From positions 1 to 57,837 of the forward strand of contig JAHBMJ010000064.1 of the NCBI GenBank assembly GCA_018398765.1: a stretch of DNA of 57,837 nt, given 5' to 3'. This DNA is from Chromera velia (Eukaryota). The stretch's first letter is position 1. Each line of letters begins with the position of its first letter. Below the pieces are notes generated by a model that did no database searches, was not told the DNA's origin, and saw only the letters and a program-made list of their open reading frames with translations. Positions 1 through 14,252 of this stretch are shown here, piece by piece. The position numbers and the translations under genes were made by a program.

Positions 1-521
<521 letters not shown>

Positions 522-773
522 AAACAGAGCATATCTTTCTTTCTTTCCCCTCGTTATCAGAAGGACAGACAGAAAGACAAAAGGAGAGAGGGACAGAGAG
601 ACAGGAGAGAAGGAAAAGGACTTTATCACTGCGTCTGGCTTTTTCTTCTCTGTCTCAGCTTCTCTTTTCTTTTCGATCACGCATCTTCTCTTTGAATAAC
701 ATCCTCTCCCACTCGCTTGATTGCCCGAGTAATGTATTCTCTCTCTGTATTTCCTGCCTACTCGGCCACTGAC

Positions 774-853
774 TTCAATAAAACCTCGAAAGGTCTCGTA
801 GATCTCCTTGTTTTCTTGGTCAGCTGCAGAGACACACACATACACACACACAC

Positions 854-888
<35 letters not shown>

Positions 889-899
889 GCACACAGGGA

Positions 900-951
<52 letters not shown>

Positions 952-1161
952 CGGAGATGGATACGTGCTTCACTTGTGGAGTTAGTGAGAGATGGGGACA
1001 GGGAACGAGAGCGTCAGTCGATGTACGCCGTCTCTTTCTCATCATTGTGCTCTATTTGTCTGCGTGCATGGCTGTCTCTCTCTCTGCATGCGTGCATTCC
1101 TTCATGCGTTCGTGATCGCGTGGATGTGTGAGAGTGTGTGTGTGTGTGAGAGAGAGAGGGG

Positions 1162-1209
<48 letters not shown>

Positions 1210-1646
1210 CTGACGGTTGTTGAAAATCGCGTCGGTGGCAGATTGATACATCGAGATAGCCACCGTCTGCACCATGAAGAGGATTTGATTTCAAATGACA
1301 ATTGACAGTTGCCTCATGACACTCATTCTGAATCATATGGGGGTATTCCCGAAGCGCGTTAGTTTCTTTGTCGCTATTGCTGCAATCGGGAAGCGGTCGG
1401 TCCAGCGAGGATCATCGGATCTTCTCGTGCATGTGCAAAAAACGTCCAGGATACGCATTGATGATTCAGTCCAAAAAGAGTGGATTGGGAGCGATGGACG
1501 AGAGGAGGAGCAAAGGTGCAAGACGAGAAGGTGAGAGGGGGGAGAAAGGATGGTAACGATTCTAACATAAAAATGATACATACTACTGTGGACAATTCAT
1601 GAGCTAACTCATCGCAAGCCTTCTTGAGATATGCGGAAGTGTCCAT
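774..1646 (-). CDS. 5' part of a spliced gene of unknown function (continues off the left edge)
   Basis: Three phase-compatible exons with GT/CAG boundaries (1646-1584, 1266-1215, 823-774) give MDTSAYLKKACDELAHELSTV-TVAISMYQSATDAIFNN-PDQENKEIYETFRGFIE. No family recognised. Confidence 0.6.
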
Positions 1647-2420
1647 AACCAGACCCAGACAACCAGGCAGCGGACAGCTTCAGAAAGAGAAATTCTGTGC
1701 CAAAAGCTTTGGAAGGGCAGGAAGAGAGAAAAATCCGATCCAGTCTGCTATTTTTCCTTTCCCGCGGGCTGACGTAGGGAAGGAAAAACATACCGGAAGC
1801 ATGAAATCAATCATGGCACATGCACTCAGAGAAGAGAAGAGAAGAGAAGAGAAGAAGCGTGACTCAATACGGCTGTCTGCATTCCCTACCGACTTTGAAG
1901 AAGAAGGCGATGCCCGCAGTCACGGCGACCTCCTTCCAGCAATCGTACTTTTCGTTTTTCTGCAGATCGCCGCTTGGGGCTCTTCTCTGCTCTCCTGTCC
2001 CCTCCGTTCCTGCTCGTGCGTTTGCGCTCAGCATCCCTCTTCGTACCCGTCTGGATATTTGTATTAGTCAATGGGAATTTCTCACTCCTCTTTCGCCCTC
2101 CCACTCAGTCCAAGATGGCAGCGCTCTCAGATCTTTTTGTTCAGTTGGAAAAGAGCCTCAGTGGTCGGAGAGACCCCGTCTACAACGATCACTTGACAGA
2201 GAGACCGATGCAGACGAAGCGAAGGTCGAAGGTCCCGTGAATCGTCAATGCTCTGCACGAAGCCTGTAAGTCAACCTGGTCGACGGTAGAAGTCCCTAAT
2301 CCTTACCTTCCTCCAGCAGCATGCATGCAAGCCTGGAGGACTACAAACTCAGCTAGGGCAACCTGAGTGTGGTCGGGTCACGTACAGTGTGGAAACGCAG
2401 TCGAAAGCGAAGTCTGTGCT

Positions 2421-2460
<40 letters not shown>

Positions 2461-2962
2461 GCATCCATGCATGAACAACCTCGCATCAGGTCCATGACCA
2501 GGAAAGGAAATGAGGTCAGGCATTCTAGCTATGGTATTCTTGCAAGCTGGCGTCGACGGTTCAGATCGCCGATCGCGATATCGGTTGGCTTGTGCACCGG
2601 CCCGGGCCCCCCCTTCTGTTTTTTTTTCGCTTTCACGAAGACTTTCCGGGAAAATCGGCTCCCGTAGCCGATTAAATTTCACGTGCATGCACAGAAATGT
2701 ACGTGTTCAGTCGGTTTCTTCCCGCCTTCCCAAATACTTCCCCGAATGTTCAAGGACGAGCCTTCCCGCGCCCGCATGTATACGAATTTGTGCATGACTG
2801 ATTCGTCTGCTGTTGCGCTGATGGATGCGATCTTTCTTTGAGAAAGGAAAAGTTCTCTTCGTTCTTTGCATCGGTCCTCTCTTCCCGGTTTGCGCTTGAG
2901 GAGGGATTTCTTGTCTCCGAATGCATTGTTGTTGAAGACAAGATTAGAATTGATTGAGCAGA

Positions 2963-5900
2963 ATGGATTGGGTCGAGGGGCATGAAATCGATTCCTCTCT
3001 TGAGGAACTGGAGGGGGAGATATCAAGGAAGGCACTTAGAGGAAGTGAGGCATACAAGCAGGCCAAGCTCTGTCTGGAGAGTGTCAGACAAGTGGTAATG
3101 CAGACAAACGCCCTTGTCAAACAGTCCTGTGCCCTCTTTCTGGGAGCCACTCTCACTGTGCTTCAGCAGCACATGTCAACTTCAGGGGGGACCACAGGGG
3201 TTCTTCCGAAGGGAGACCTGCTGTCTGCTGTCTCTTCTGGTACTGTTGTTGATAGAAACCAGCCAGTTTTCGTGGGCCTCTGTGTGCTCTTAAGAGGGCT
3301 GCTCGAGAGGGTGCAGCACACCTCCATTGTCTCACGGATGTCCTCCATACAACCCCTTCTTCTGGGAGCCCTCAAGCACGCCGAGACCACCGGCAATGAA
3401 CAGGCTTGTAAGCACCTTCTCCAAGCCTCAGAGACTCTTGTGAGAGCCACGTACACAGTAAACAGCACTCCAAACCGAAAGGTTCCCCGAACCGTGCTTC
3501 CCTTCTGTCAGAGCAACACCCCTGCTGTCCGTACAGCAGCGGTGGACGTCGTGGCAGAGCTTCTCCGCAATGCTGCTGATGTCGCTGATGAGGGGACTAC
3601 AGGGGCTATTGTACAGTGGCTTTCCGAGAGCTTGGCCGATCTAAAATACAATCACCGTGACCCTGAAAAGTCGATAGCGACTGCACACGCTCTCCTCGAG
3701 TCGGTAAAGAAACTGCACCGCCACTTCTCTCAGACTGCGCGTGCAGACGTGTGTGTGCGTCTGGCGCGTCTGGTCAAGAAAGCAGGGCAGAACAGGCTGA
3801 CAAGTGACGCCCTCATGTGTCTGAAAGAGATGGCAGACAAGGAAAGGAAGTCCCCGGGATTTGCACCCACTGCTGCAGCACTTTCGGGTGAGTGTCTTGC
3901 AGTTCTCACCACAGTGAAACCCAACAGTGCCGACACTCTGTTCGTCAAAGTGTATGTGGAGACTGGAGGTGCCCTAGCATGCCTTCTTGCTGAAGCAGAG
4001 CGGCTCTCACGGGACCAGGGGGCCCCGGTGCCCACGAAGATTGCCGACATCTTGCCCTCTCTTCTTCCCGTCCTGAAGAAATTTTTGATGGACTCGGACC
4101 CGTCTGTGGTCAGAGCTGCGTCTGAAGCCCTGAGTCAAATTGTGAAGGCGGCAGCGGAGACAGATGCGGAGACTTTGGGGGGCCTGATTCCGTTCTTCAG
4201 TTCGCTGATCACCTTCAAAAACAAACAGCAATGGCGACTGATCCTCCCCGCATTTTCACAACTGTTCTCTGCAGCCGACCGATCGATTCTCAGACAGACG
4301 CTGGGGGGGGATGCTGGTCTGTCTCTCAGTCAGGCAATGGAGGGGGATGTGGGGGCGGTTGGCAAAGCTTTGGAGACAGCCAGAGAAACGGCAGGCGAAC
4401 TTTTTCGTCCTTTGACAGAACGAATTTTTGAGATCTTGAAGTCGTCCACAGACCCAAAAAACCTCCTGGAGGCCTCCCCTTACAGACAGGAGGTCACTGC
4501 GGCAGCCGGCGCTGCCCTTCGTGCATTCGGTGTGTCTCACGTTTTCTCTCTGCTTCCTTTGGGTCTGACGGACTATTCGCTGGGTGATGAAGGATACGCG
4601 ACCAAGAGCAACTCTTTTCTTCTGCCCTTCTTGAAGACACATCTCAAAAGAGATTCCCTGAAACCCCTCGTTCAACAAATCATTCCAGCAGTCAGTCGAA
4701 TTCTGTGTTCTTCTTGGTGAACAGATTTCTGACGTTCCTTGTGTCAGCATGCTCGAAGGCTTTGTGTGTACAAAAAAGGAAGACGAGTAGACGAAAGCAG
4801 ATTGAACGAAGAAACGACTGAATTTTTTGGAAAGGCCAAAGCGGGTGCCTAGTCGTGGCTGTCATTCCCTCTTTGTGTTTGTGTGCATATTCCTCTCTCC
4901 CTTTCTCTCTCTTTGTATTTGCGTGCATATCCCTCTCTCCCTTTCTTTCCCTTGCGCCTCTTTCTGTCATTTTCTCCGGGTATTGGTGTGTGACTGTGTC
5001 TCTGTCTGCCTTTTCGGGTGTCGCTTGTATCAGAGGAAAGTGTATCAAAAACGAGTCATCTTCTGCGTATACATACATTCATGGCACTGCGCGCAGGCGG
5101 GCCTCTTGGCATCTCGTTATCGTTCTTCAAAGTCAGATCTCGAGAAGAAGAAGCTCTGGCTTCTCGTCGAACAGTGCTGGGCCCTTCTGCCTTGTTTCTT
5201 CAGGTCGGCAGGCGGGCAAGCAAAGCGCCGATACCATTTCATATTTTTTCATCGGTAGAGTGGCTCAGCCATATGCATCTCTCCTATTGTTTGGAAACGG
5301 AATTTCGCCCGGGAGGGAAAATAAAAGTGAGATTAGCGTCGATCGAACTCAAAGAAAAAGAAAACGGAAAACTAGACATCAACCATCAACGCCGTCCTTT
5401 CTTCACGTTCCTGTGCAGGTCAGGGACTGATCTTGGAGCTGCGTTGACAAGGCAAAACTTTGCACTGTCCAACCAGATGGCCACCCTCCTGGACCGGGAA
5501 CCTGCACTGAGGGAGTTCGTCTGCCAGGCTCTCACGGTGGCATGCAGGTAATTCAGGATGCTTTCTTGTTGATCTGATCGGCGCATGCTTGCGTTAGGAT
5601 TTTGAGGGTGACTGTATGGTGGATGGTTGGTGCGTACATCGGAAGGTCCTGTGAGATCTCTCTACAGGTCTCGGTCCTAGTTGTTATGCATATGTTTCCA
5701 CGCGCAGCTGTTCTCTCGCCAGCAGCCTCTTTTGTTTTTTGCTTTGCACTGAAACCCTTCGGCAGACAGATCCCTTCAGGAAGGGAAAGGAAAAGCTTTC
5801 GGGGAAGGAATGCAATCAGAGGGTGAACCTTGATTCTGAATCAAACACAGAAGACACAAGAAGATTCAACGTGTTTTGTGCACCCTTCTCCTCCTGCAGA

Positions 5901-8900
5901 GACGCCTCAGCAGATCTTGAGACGGAGACCTCCCTGGGTCTGGTGGAGGAGGAGGACGCCACCGTTCTTCGACTCACTCAGGTAGGATAAGGGAATCGCG
6001 TGCCCTCCATTTCTGTGGGATGGATTTCGCCGTCTCCCTTTCTCTGTCTCTGTTGGCAAAGCCATGCTTCTTTCTCTTTCTCGGTCCTTTTGTGCATGTG
6101 AGCGCGTGTCCTACAGAAAGGGCAGGCAAGAAAGTGTGTTCTTCGATGCATGCGTTCGTCCATATGCGTCTCCTTGCCTTTGTCTTTTTCCTTAATTCTT
6201 CCTTCTGCCTGAATAAACGAATGCAGTCGAAGAACCGGGCGTTGCTTGGCCAGATGGCCCCCAAGTTCCTCCCTCTCCTCTTCACGTCCTTTGTGAAAAT
6301 CCACAAGAAAGCCGAAGAGGCAGAGCAGATTGAGCAACAGCAGGCAGCCGTGAAGGTGAAGGAAGAGGCCGGCCTGATGGAGGACACCAAAACCAAAGCG
6401 ACTCTCAGCAAGCGAGCGGCCACTGTTGCAGCCTCAATTCAGGCAGAGGTGACGCAGCAGGCGAAAGCCAAGTCATCCCAGCACATCCTTGAGGTTGTAT
6501 CTGCCTACGGTTGTCTGTGCCCCCCGGAGCTCGTGGATTCTTTTTTGAAGAACATTTGCCAGAGGATCCTCAAAGCCTCAATGGGACAACAGGCAGGGGG
6601 TATGGGCGTCGGGACGCAACAGCAGCAGCAGCAGCAGCAGCAAGGGGAGACATCCACCACGTCTCCTGCAGAGATGGCGGCACTTGCAGACCTCGCAGAT
6701 GCCCTCGTCCCGCACATCTCTGACCCAACTGGTCGGTCGGTCGGTCAGAACTTTCCTTGTGGGCAAAGTGAGGGGGGGAAGGCGCTTCCTTCTGCAACAT
6801 GCAGGCCTTTTCGCTGTTTGTGGATCTCTGTGATGTGTGAGAATTGAAAAGTGCGACTGAATGTTTTAGCGAGTTGGCTGCCTCGCAGATCGGCTCAGCG
6901 TTCGCCGGTCGATGTTCCTTGATTCCCACTCCGTACATCGTTTTTCTGCATCTCCGTGTTTTGGGGTGCATGTTGTCATCAGTCTGAGTTGTTCCGCCTC
7001 TTCGCTAGGCTGGATCAAATTTTCCCTTTTTATGTTTGTAGTATTTTCATTCCCACCAAGACTGCAAGCGATGCCATGATGATTCTTCTCTGTTGATTGC
7101 TTGATTGACTGACTGACCGGCTGATTGCTTGATTGGTTGAATGATTGACCCAGTGAGTGGGCGAGTGACTGAGTGACTGTTGCATTCCTTTTTCTTTCCC
7201 TCTTTCTTTCTTTCTTTCGTTCTTTCTTTCTTTTCTTTCTTTCTTTCTTTCTTTCTTTCTTTCGTTCGTTCGTTCGTTCGTTCTTTCGTTCTTTCGTCCG
7301 TCCTTTCTTTCTTTCGTTCGCTCGTTCATTCTTTCTTTCTTTCTTTTTTTCTTTCCTTTCTTTCTTTCTTTCTTTCTTTCTTTTCTTTCTTTCGTTCTTT
7401 CTTTCTCTCTTCCTTCCTTCCTTGCTTGCTTTCTCCCTCCCTCTACTGATTTGTGTGTTGAATGATGCAGTCCCTCTCGTGATCCGCGCTTTCTGTCCGC
7501 TCCTCTCGGTCCGTATCCCTTCCCCGTCTTCGGCCTCGAGGGACAAGAAGAGAGGGACGGCGGAGGTCCTCCGAGTTCTCCAGAGAAGAGCCTACAAAGT
7601 CGTCAAGCATGTCTGCTCAAGACTGTCGTACGGCCGTAGGGGGATGGAGAAGGCAGACGTGTGGGAGGGAAGGACAGGAGGACTGGCAACAAAAACGGAC
7701 CTCGTGCAGCTGTGGGAGGTCTGTCTTCCTTTGGAGAGTTTTTCCGCCTTTCTTTCTTTCTTTCTTTTTTTTTTTCTTTCTTTCTTTTCTTTCTTTCTTT
7801 CTTTCTTTGTTTCTTTCTATCTTTCTTTCTTTCTTTGTTTCTTTGTTTGTTTCTTTCTTTCTTTCTTTCTTTCTTTGTTTGTTTGTTTCTTTCTTTCTTT
7901 CTTTCTTTTTTCTCATTTGTATTTTCCTTCTGCTCGTAAGAAAGGTCGTATAGCTCCTGCGTACTGTCATCTGCCTGGGAAGTTCTTCTGCCTATCTCTT
8001 CATTCTAGGATGTTGTTGCGTTTGCCTCAGTCTACGCCTTTTTTCGTTGACGCATACTCCTCCCACTTCCACATCCCTGCCTACCTGATTGCATGAATGC
8101 CTGCCTTCCTGCAGACACTCAGAAGCGGGAGGGATGTGGTCGTGGAGGGGTCACAAAAGGTCGGTCGGTCTCTTGACTGCAGCTCTCCGTTTTCCATCTA
8201 CTGTTTCTCGCTCCTTCTGGCGATACCCGTTCCTTTTATAAGGCAAAGGCTGAGAATGAGAAGGGCGGAGACAGCTTCTGATAGAGGAGGGAGGGGAGGA
8301 ACGCGTCATAGGATGGTTTTGTCCTCCCTCCCTCGTGTCGACGAAATTCTGCTTTTCTGTTTTTGTTTTTGTTTGCGCATGCGTGTCTGTCTGCACGTCT
8401 GCAGGGTCGTTTGGGGTGCCTTCATGAGTTTGTTGTCCTGCTGGACCGCTCTCGTCTCCGGGCTGTGGAGGGGGGGGAGGGGGGGGTCATGGGCGGTGGG
8501 GGGCTCGAGGGGGGAGACTCGTGGGACGACTTTGTCCTTCCTGTGGCTTCCGAGTTGGTGCCTGAGATTCTGTTGAGCATGAGGGAAGTCTCGAAGGACG
8601 TCAGGGGCTTGGCACTGGACCTTCTCAGGGCACTGGCAGACTGCTGTTCTCACAGAGGTCGGTGGGTGGGTAGGTAAGATGGCAGGATACACAGGGAGGG
8701 AGGGAGGGAGGGAGGGATGGGTGTGAGTATTTTGAAGTTGTTCTTCGTCGCATACTTTCTCTTTTGAGAGGAAGCGAAAGAGGCATGGAGTTAAAGTTCC
8801 TTCGGGGGGGTTGAGAGGACGTGAACCCAAGGCTCTGGTCCCGTCCTTCTTGGGAGGGAAGAAGAATGTAAAGAGAAACGAGTAGGGGGGCGAAAGGGGA

Positions 8901-10478
8901 GGGAGGGAAAAGTGGAGAAATTGAGGCCCCGTGATCGAGGGGGTGGACATGGAGACTTGCAGATCCGTGCAGAAGTTCCGCGTGTAGAGTAGCACGAGCT
9001 GAGACAACCAACTGTGCTCATGCCGTCTCCCATCTCATCGTTGAGGGATGCCTATCATCCTTTGTTCCTTTTCCTCTCATCTGCAGCCAAGCAGCTGCTG
9101 GCTTTTGTGGGGACAGGTCTGGCTGGATCTTCCCAGGGCATGAAGGCGGCCTCTGTGCTTGCTCTGTCTCGCCTTGTCTACAGCCTCTCTTCTTCTCTGG
9201 ACGAAGATTCGAAGAGAGAGGTGGTGGACACCATGCTGATCCTTCTGAGAGATCCAGACAGGCAGGTGTTCAAGGAGGCCGTGGCCTTCCTCAGAGTGGC
9301 ATCGCACGTCCTCACCGCAGAGGAACTGAGGGGAAGAGCAGGGGAGATTTTCGCAATGCCTGAGAACAAAAACGCACTCGCAGGTAGGGAGCAGTGCATC
9401 TCAAGTAAATAGATCGACGCCAACGGCATACTGACTTTGTGCATTCACAAAATACAAAAGGGGCGCGTCGTTAGCTGTACAGATGACCGGCCATGACAAC
9501 TCTGTTTAGAGGACTTTTGTGTGGTGGTGTACACGCGATGATTTTGGATTTTGACCTTATCTCCTCCTGCCTGCAGAGCGTCTCTCTGTCCGCCGCGTGA
9601 CGGAGAGACTGATTCGGAAACTGGGTCCAGACACCGTCCGCGTGGCCTTCCCTGAGAAGCACAGACCTCTTCTGGTCTACTTGCAGAGACAGGCAAGGAA
9701 GAAGAGGAGAAAAGAGGAGAAGAGAAAATCCGGGCAGAAAGATGCCGGAGAGGTCAGTGAACAAGAGACCTCCTTGTCCGGCAAAACAAGAAGGAAGGAA
9801 GGTGGGAGAGGCAAGAACGCTTGCGGAAAGAAAATCAGTTCGTAATTCTTGTCAAGATCTGAGTGTTGTTTGTGCCGACACCTTTTCCTTCCTTGTCTTC
9901 TGAGTCTGGAAGTGTTTTTCGATGATCTCGATCTCTGTTCGTTGGAGAGGGGTTGTGCTTTGAATCAGAGAACCTCCACGCTCATTCCTTATTCGATGTC
10001 AGGTCGGTTGATGTGACAACTTCGCCTCTCTCTGAATGACAGGCTATAAAATGTGGTAAAAACCCGACTGACTGACACACCGACTGACTGATTGAGCGAA
10101 TGAATGCAGGAGGACGATGAGGACATGGGAGTCGGTGCTGACGCTGGGGGGAAAGGGGGACGTCAGGGGAGAAAGCAGTCAGCAGGTGCTGGTGAGGTCT
10201 TGGGAATGCGTAAGAAAACGGACGGTTTCAAACAGCTGGTGAAGGGAGAGGCAGATGACTCATCAGATGACGACGACAATTCGTCTGTGGAGTCGGACGG
10301 GGAAACTGGATCTGTAGGTCCCTTCCTGCCTCCTCTCTTTTCTTTCTTCCTTTCTTTCTTGCGTCGTTCATTCATTCCTTTCTTTCTTTCTTTCTTTCTT
10401 TTTTTCTTTTCTTTCTTCCTTCCTTCCTTCCTTCCTTCCTTTCTTTCTTCCTTCCTTCCTTCCTTTCTTTCTTTCTTC

Positions 10479-10511
<33 letters not shown>

Positions 10512-10518
10512 TTCATTC

Positions 10519-10549
<31 letters not shown>

Positions 10550-12005
10550 TTTTCTTTCATTCATTCATTCATTCACTGCCTTTGTCTATTATGTTCTTTC
10601 GTCCTTTCTTTCTCTCTTCCTTCCTTTCTTCCTTTCTCTCTTTCTTTTTTTTGTTCATTTTTTTTTTTTCTTCTTTCTTTCTTTCTTTCTTTTTTTCATT
10701 TTTTTTTTCTCTCTCCTCTGCGTATCTCTCTCTCCCCCCCTAACACCCCCCAACATCCTCCCTTCTGCCGTCTGCACTTTCTGCTTGTACAGAAGAAGAC
10801 AATGACGGGAAATACCAGGAAGTAAATAGACCCTGAATCAAGGGTGTGTGTATTCTTAGGACACACTTATCTTCATTGTTGGACACGCTAGAGTCGTAAA
10901 TGAGGGTGAATGAGTACACGTCCGTGTGTCTCTCTTCATCATGTGTGCAGTCGAGGAAGAAAGTGAAGGACGAAGAGATGGGGGACGCCTCCGGAGGGGG
11001 AGGCGGGAGGAAGGGCTCAGCTGCCCCCCCCTCGTTGCGACAGCTGCTGGACGCATGGGAGGAGGACAGCGACTCGGATCTCGACAGCGATTTAGAGGAG
11101 GCAGTGTCGGGTGGAAAAGGGAAGGCAAAGAAGGCGAAGGGGAGGGCAAAGAGAGACGCGAGTAGTGCTGCGGTGAATGAAATGACGGGGTCTGTTTGGT
11201 TGATGGACTCAGCAGCTGACGGAATGCCCATCGACTTCATGGCCCCCGAGGCTGCCCATGCAGTCTTGACCTCTGACCCTCGTATGAAGAGGAGAAGAAT
11301 GGGTGGAGACGGGTCGGCAAGGGGAGACAAAGAAAGAAGGATGGGTCTAGAATACGACGACGAGGGCCGACTGGTTGTTCCTGCAGAAGACGGGGGGGGT
11401 GGGGGGGATGATGCGGATATGTTGACAGACGCTGAGGGTCTGTTGGCTTCTGCCTCTGCTTCTTCTTCCTCTCGTAAGAAGTCGGTGGGAGGGGGGAAGG
11501 GGGACAAAGGAGGAGAAGCAGGTGCAGACTCGAAGCAGAGGACTGGCCTCTCTCGATTGAAAGAAGTATCGGAGTCCAGGAAGGCGGCGATCAAGCAAAG
11601 ATCGAAAAAACAGGGTTTGTCAGCTCATCTTTCTCTGGATTTTACACTGATTTCGTTCTTTCTCTCCCGCCTAACACACACGCAGAAAGTCCCGTCATAC
11701 CGTTTGCTTTTCCTGTTCTTGATTTTCCAACGCTCCTTGCTTCAACATTGCGTCTGTGTCTGTGTGTGTGTGAGTACGAATGAAATTTATTGCTGTGGAA
11801 GGCTGGCCGACCGTTACCGTCCCTTCGGTTGCCGCAGCACCTCACTGAATTCTCGGCAGTGTCTCAACTGAATGAAACTCATTCAACTGTGCGTATTTTC
11901 TCACAACCTCCCGGCCTGCTCAGTCAGACAGGCTGGGCTCCGCTGCGATGCGTGTGTGCCTGCTTCTGGTAGTTGGGAAGGCGGGTTTATGGTGAAGTAT
12001 TAAAA

Positions 12006-12084
<79 letters not shown>

Positions 12085-12871
12085 TGCCTGCATATCTGTG
12101 AGTCTGTTTCTGTGTGTCCACGATGCTTGATGGCCGCATCGACCTACTCGGACGCTGGTTGGGTGCATTTTGATTATTGTGTGCTGTTGAATTGAAGCAG
12201 ATTGGATGGCATGCACTTACTCACTCACTCACTCACTCACTCACTCGCTGTCCACTGCATGTCTTCGTGTATCCATCAATGCAGGCCACTCGATTCAGAA
12301 GTCTGCATTTACTTTCACGCAGAATTCTTGCGATTGAATATGAATATGAAAGTAAATGCATCCACTGCATGTCTTCGTGTATGTGTCCATGCAGGCCACT
12401 CGATTCAGAAGTCAGGCGACTCGTGGAAGTCGAAGAGGGGTTCTGGGGACGTGAAGGGAAAGTCAAAGATCAACCCGTACGCCTACCTGAGACTGAATCC
12501 AAAAATGGCAAAGGAGAAAAATAAGGACAGAGCAACGAGGGTAGGTCTGCCCCCTCTTTCTTCTCTCTCTTGCTTTGAGTGTGCCTGCTTGCACGCCCGC
12601 CCGCGTTCCGACCTATCAGACGCGGTCAGACGAGCGACTTGACAGAAGAAAAAAAAATGAAAGAAGGAGGAGAAGGAGAGGAACAAAGGAAGGAAGAGAA
12701 CTAGGAGGAGAAGCCAAAACAACGTAGCATTCCCTCTCCCCAACCCCCCCCCACACCCCCTCTGTGTGTGTGTGTGTGCAGTCTTTGGCGACCGTGGTGA
12801 AGAGTGCAAAGGGAGGGGTGAAAAAGGGTCTCAAGGCTCGGCACATGGCGTTAAGAAAGCTGAAAAAGTGA
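2963..12871 (+). CDS. RRP12: Ribosomal RNA-processing protein 12 (HEAT/ARM repeat, NUC173 region), 14 exons
   Basis: Phase-consistent exons: 2963-4690, 5097-5203, 5419-5547, 5900-5981, 6227-6731, 7471-7718, 8115-8159, 8405-8657, 9087-9383, 9577-9752, 10110-10313, 10951-11614, 12395-12540, 12782-12871. RRP12-like motifs: FLLPFLK, QCWALLPCF, LQRRAYKVV, VPEILLSMREVSKDVR, VGTGLAG, ERLIRKLG..FPEKH, and the C-terminal KSKRGSGDVKGKSKINPYAYLRL. Confidence 0.9.
12304..12360. mobile_element. 57-bp hairpin insertion with 14-bp terminal inverted repeats, flanked by a 53-bp direct duplication
   Basis: TGCATTTACTTTCA (12304-12317) and TGAAAGTAAATGCA (12347-12360) are exact reverse complements. The flanks 12251-12303 and 12361-12413 match at 49/53. 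Mobility is inferred. Confidence 0.6.
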
Positions 12872-14252
12872 TAAATGACACCGTACACGTTTTTATAACC
12901 TTTGCGAAACTTTCAATCGATCTGAAGCATAAAACAACAAAGTCTGGCAACAAAGTAATGAATACAATAAGTTAAACACAGTTCTCAATATATCTTAATA
13001 TATCCAAAAGTTTGGATATAGCCAAAATTTTGCCTTTGGTTATGGGTATGGACAGATATATTGAAGAGTTTAACAACTTTGACAATAACTATGCAACCCC
13101 GATGGCTGGACCCCCGGTAAGCCGGAGGTTTAGCTATATATAAAAATCGTATAGTACCTTAATTTTTAACAATTTAGTGGAATTGCTGGAAGAATTATCA
13201 GTAAACTCAGGCTTACCGTTTTAGGTTACCAGATAGCAATATTACCGCAATAATAATCAGAGAAATTGAATGTTAGTGGCAGTTTTTAAAATTTGAGTTG
13301 TCAGGAGAGCCCAAAGGACTCGGAGACCGTAATACATATCAGTTTGAATGCACGGAAAGCTTTACACTATACAATAGTATAAATACAGTGAATACCTTTA
13401 TAGTTAATTCTTAGTTTAATCAAATTAAGCTATATGTATGTATACTACATACATGGAATGCATGCAATATTATGTTTAATTATGTTAGACACTAGGTCGG
13501 ATACCACATTTGTATTTAAAATCCAATACATACGGGGTGAAAAAGGGTCTCAAGGCTCGGCACATGGCGTTAAGAAAGCTGAAAAAGTGATAAATGACAC
13601 CGTACACGTTTTTATAACCTTTGCGAAACTTTCAATCGATCTGAAGCATAAAACAACAAAGTCTGGCAACAAAGTAATGAATACAATAAGTTAAACACAG
13701 TTCTCAATATATCTTAATATATCCAAAAGTTTGGATATAGCCAAAATTTTGCCTTTGGTTATGGGTATGGACAGATATATTGAAGAGTTTAACAACTTTG
13801 ACAATAACTATGCAACCCCGATGGCTGGACCCCCGGTAAGCCGGAGGTTTAGCTATATATAAAAATCGTATAGTACCTTAATTTTTAACAATTTAGTGGA
13901 ATTGCTGGAAGAATTATCAGTAAACTCAGGCTTACCGTTTTAGGTTACCAGATAGCAATATTACCGCAATAATAATCAGAGAAATTGAATGTTAGTGGCA
14001 GTTTTTAAAATTTAAGTTGTCAGGAGAGCCCAAAGGACTCGGAGACCGTAATACATATCAGTTTGAATGCACGGAAAGCTTTACACTATACAATAGTATA
14101 AATACAGTGAATACCTTTATAGTTAATTCTTAGTTTAATCAAATTAAGCTATATGTATGTATACTACATACATGGAATGCATGCAATATTATGTTTAATT
14201 ATGTTAGACACTAGGTCGGATACCACATTTGTATTTAAAATCCAATACATAC
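12815..14252. repeat. 719-bp tandem duplication of the RRP12 3' end and downstream AT-rich DNA, abutting an N gap
   Basis: 12815-13533 repeats at 13534-14252 with one visible difference (TTTGAG vs TTTAAG), followed directly by the gap 14253-14291. May be an assembly or haplotype artefact. Confidence 0.9.

Noticed and set aside
987..1059. Extra exon of the left-hand gene
   Set aside because: It contains stops in all three frames, and the neighbouring exons join in phase without it.
2299..2440. U1 snRNA-like start (ATCCTTACCT)
   Set aside because: No U1-70K loop (GATCAC), no U1A loop (ATTGCAC) and no clear Sm site follow.
7030..8096. Long ORFs rich in FLSF/KKER (also at 10104, 20819 and 40697)
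   Set aside because: They are translations of stop-free (TTTC)n intronic microsatellites; only short embedded exons are real.
10740..11594. 284-aa minus-strand ORF (and similar antisense ORFs at 28784, 49759 and 50698)
   Set aside because: Antisense shadows of real exons on the opposite strand.
12766..13694. ORFs ending ...KVMNTIS
   Set aside because: Off-frame reading of the last RRP12 exon and of its duplicate.
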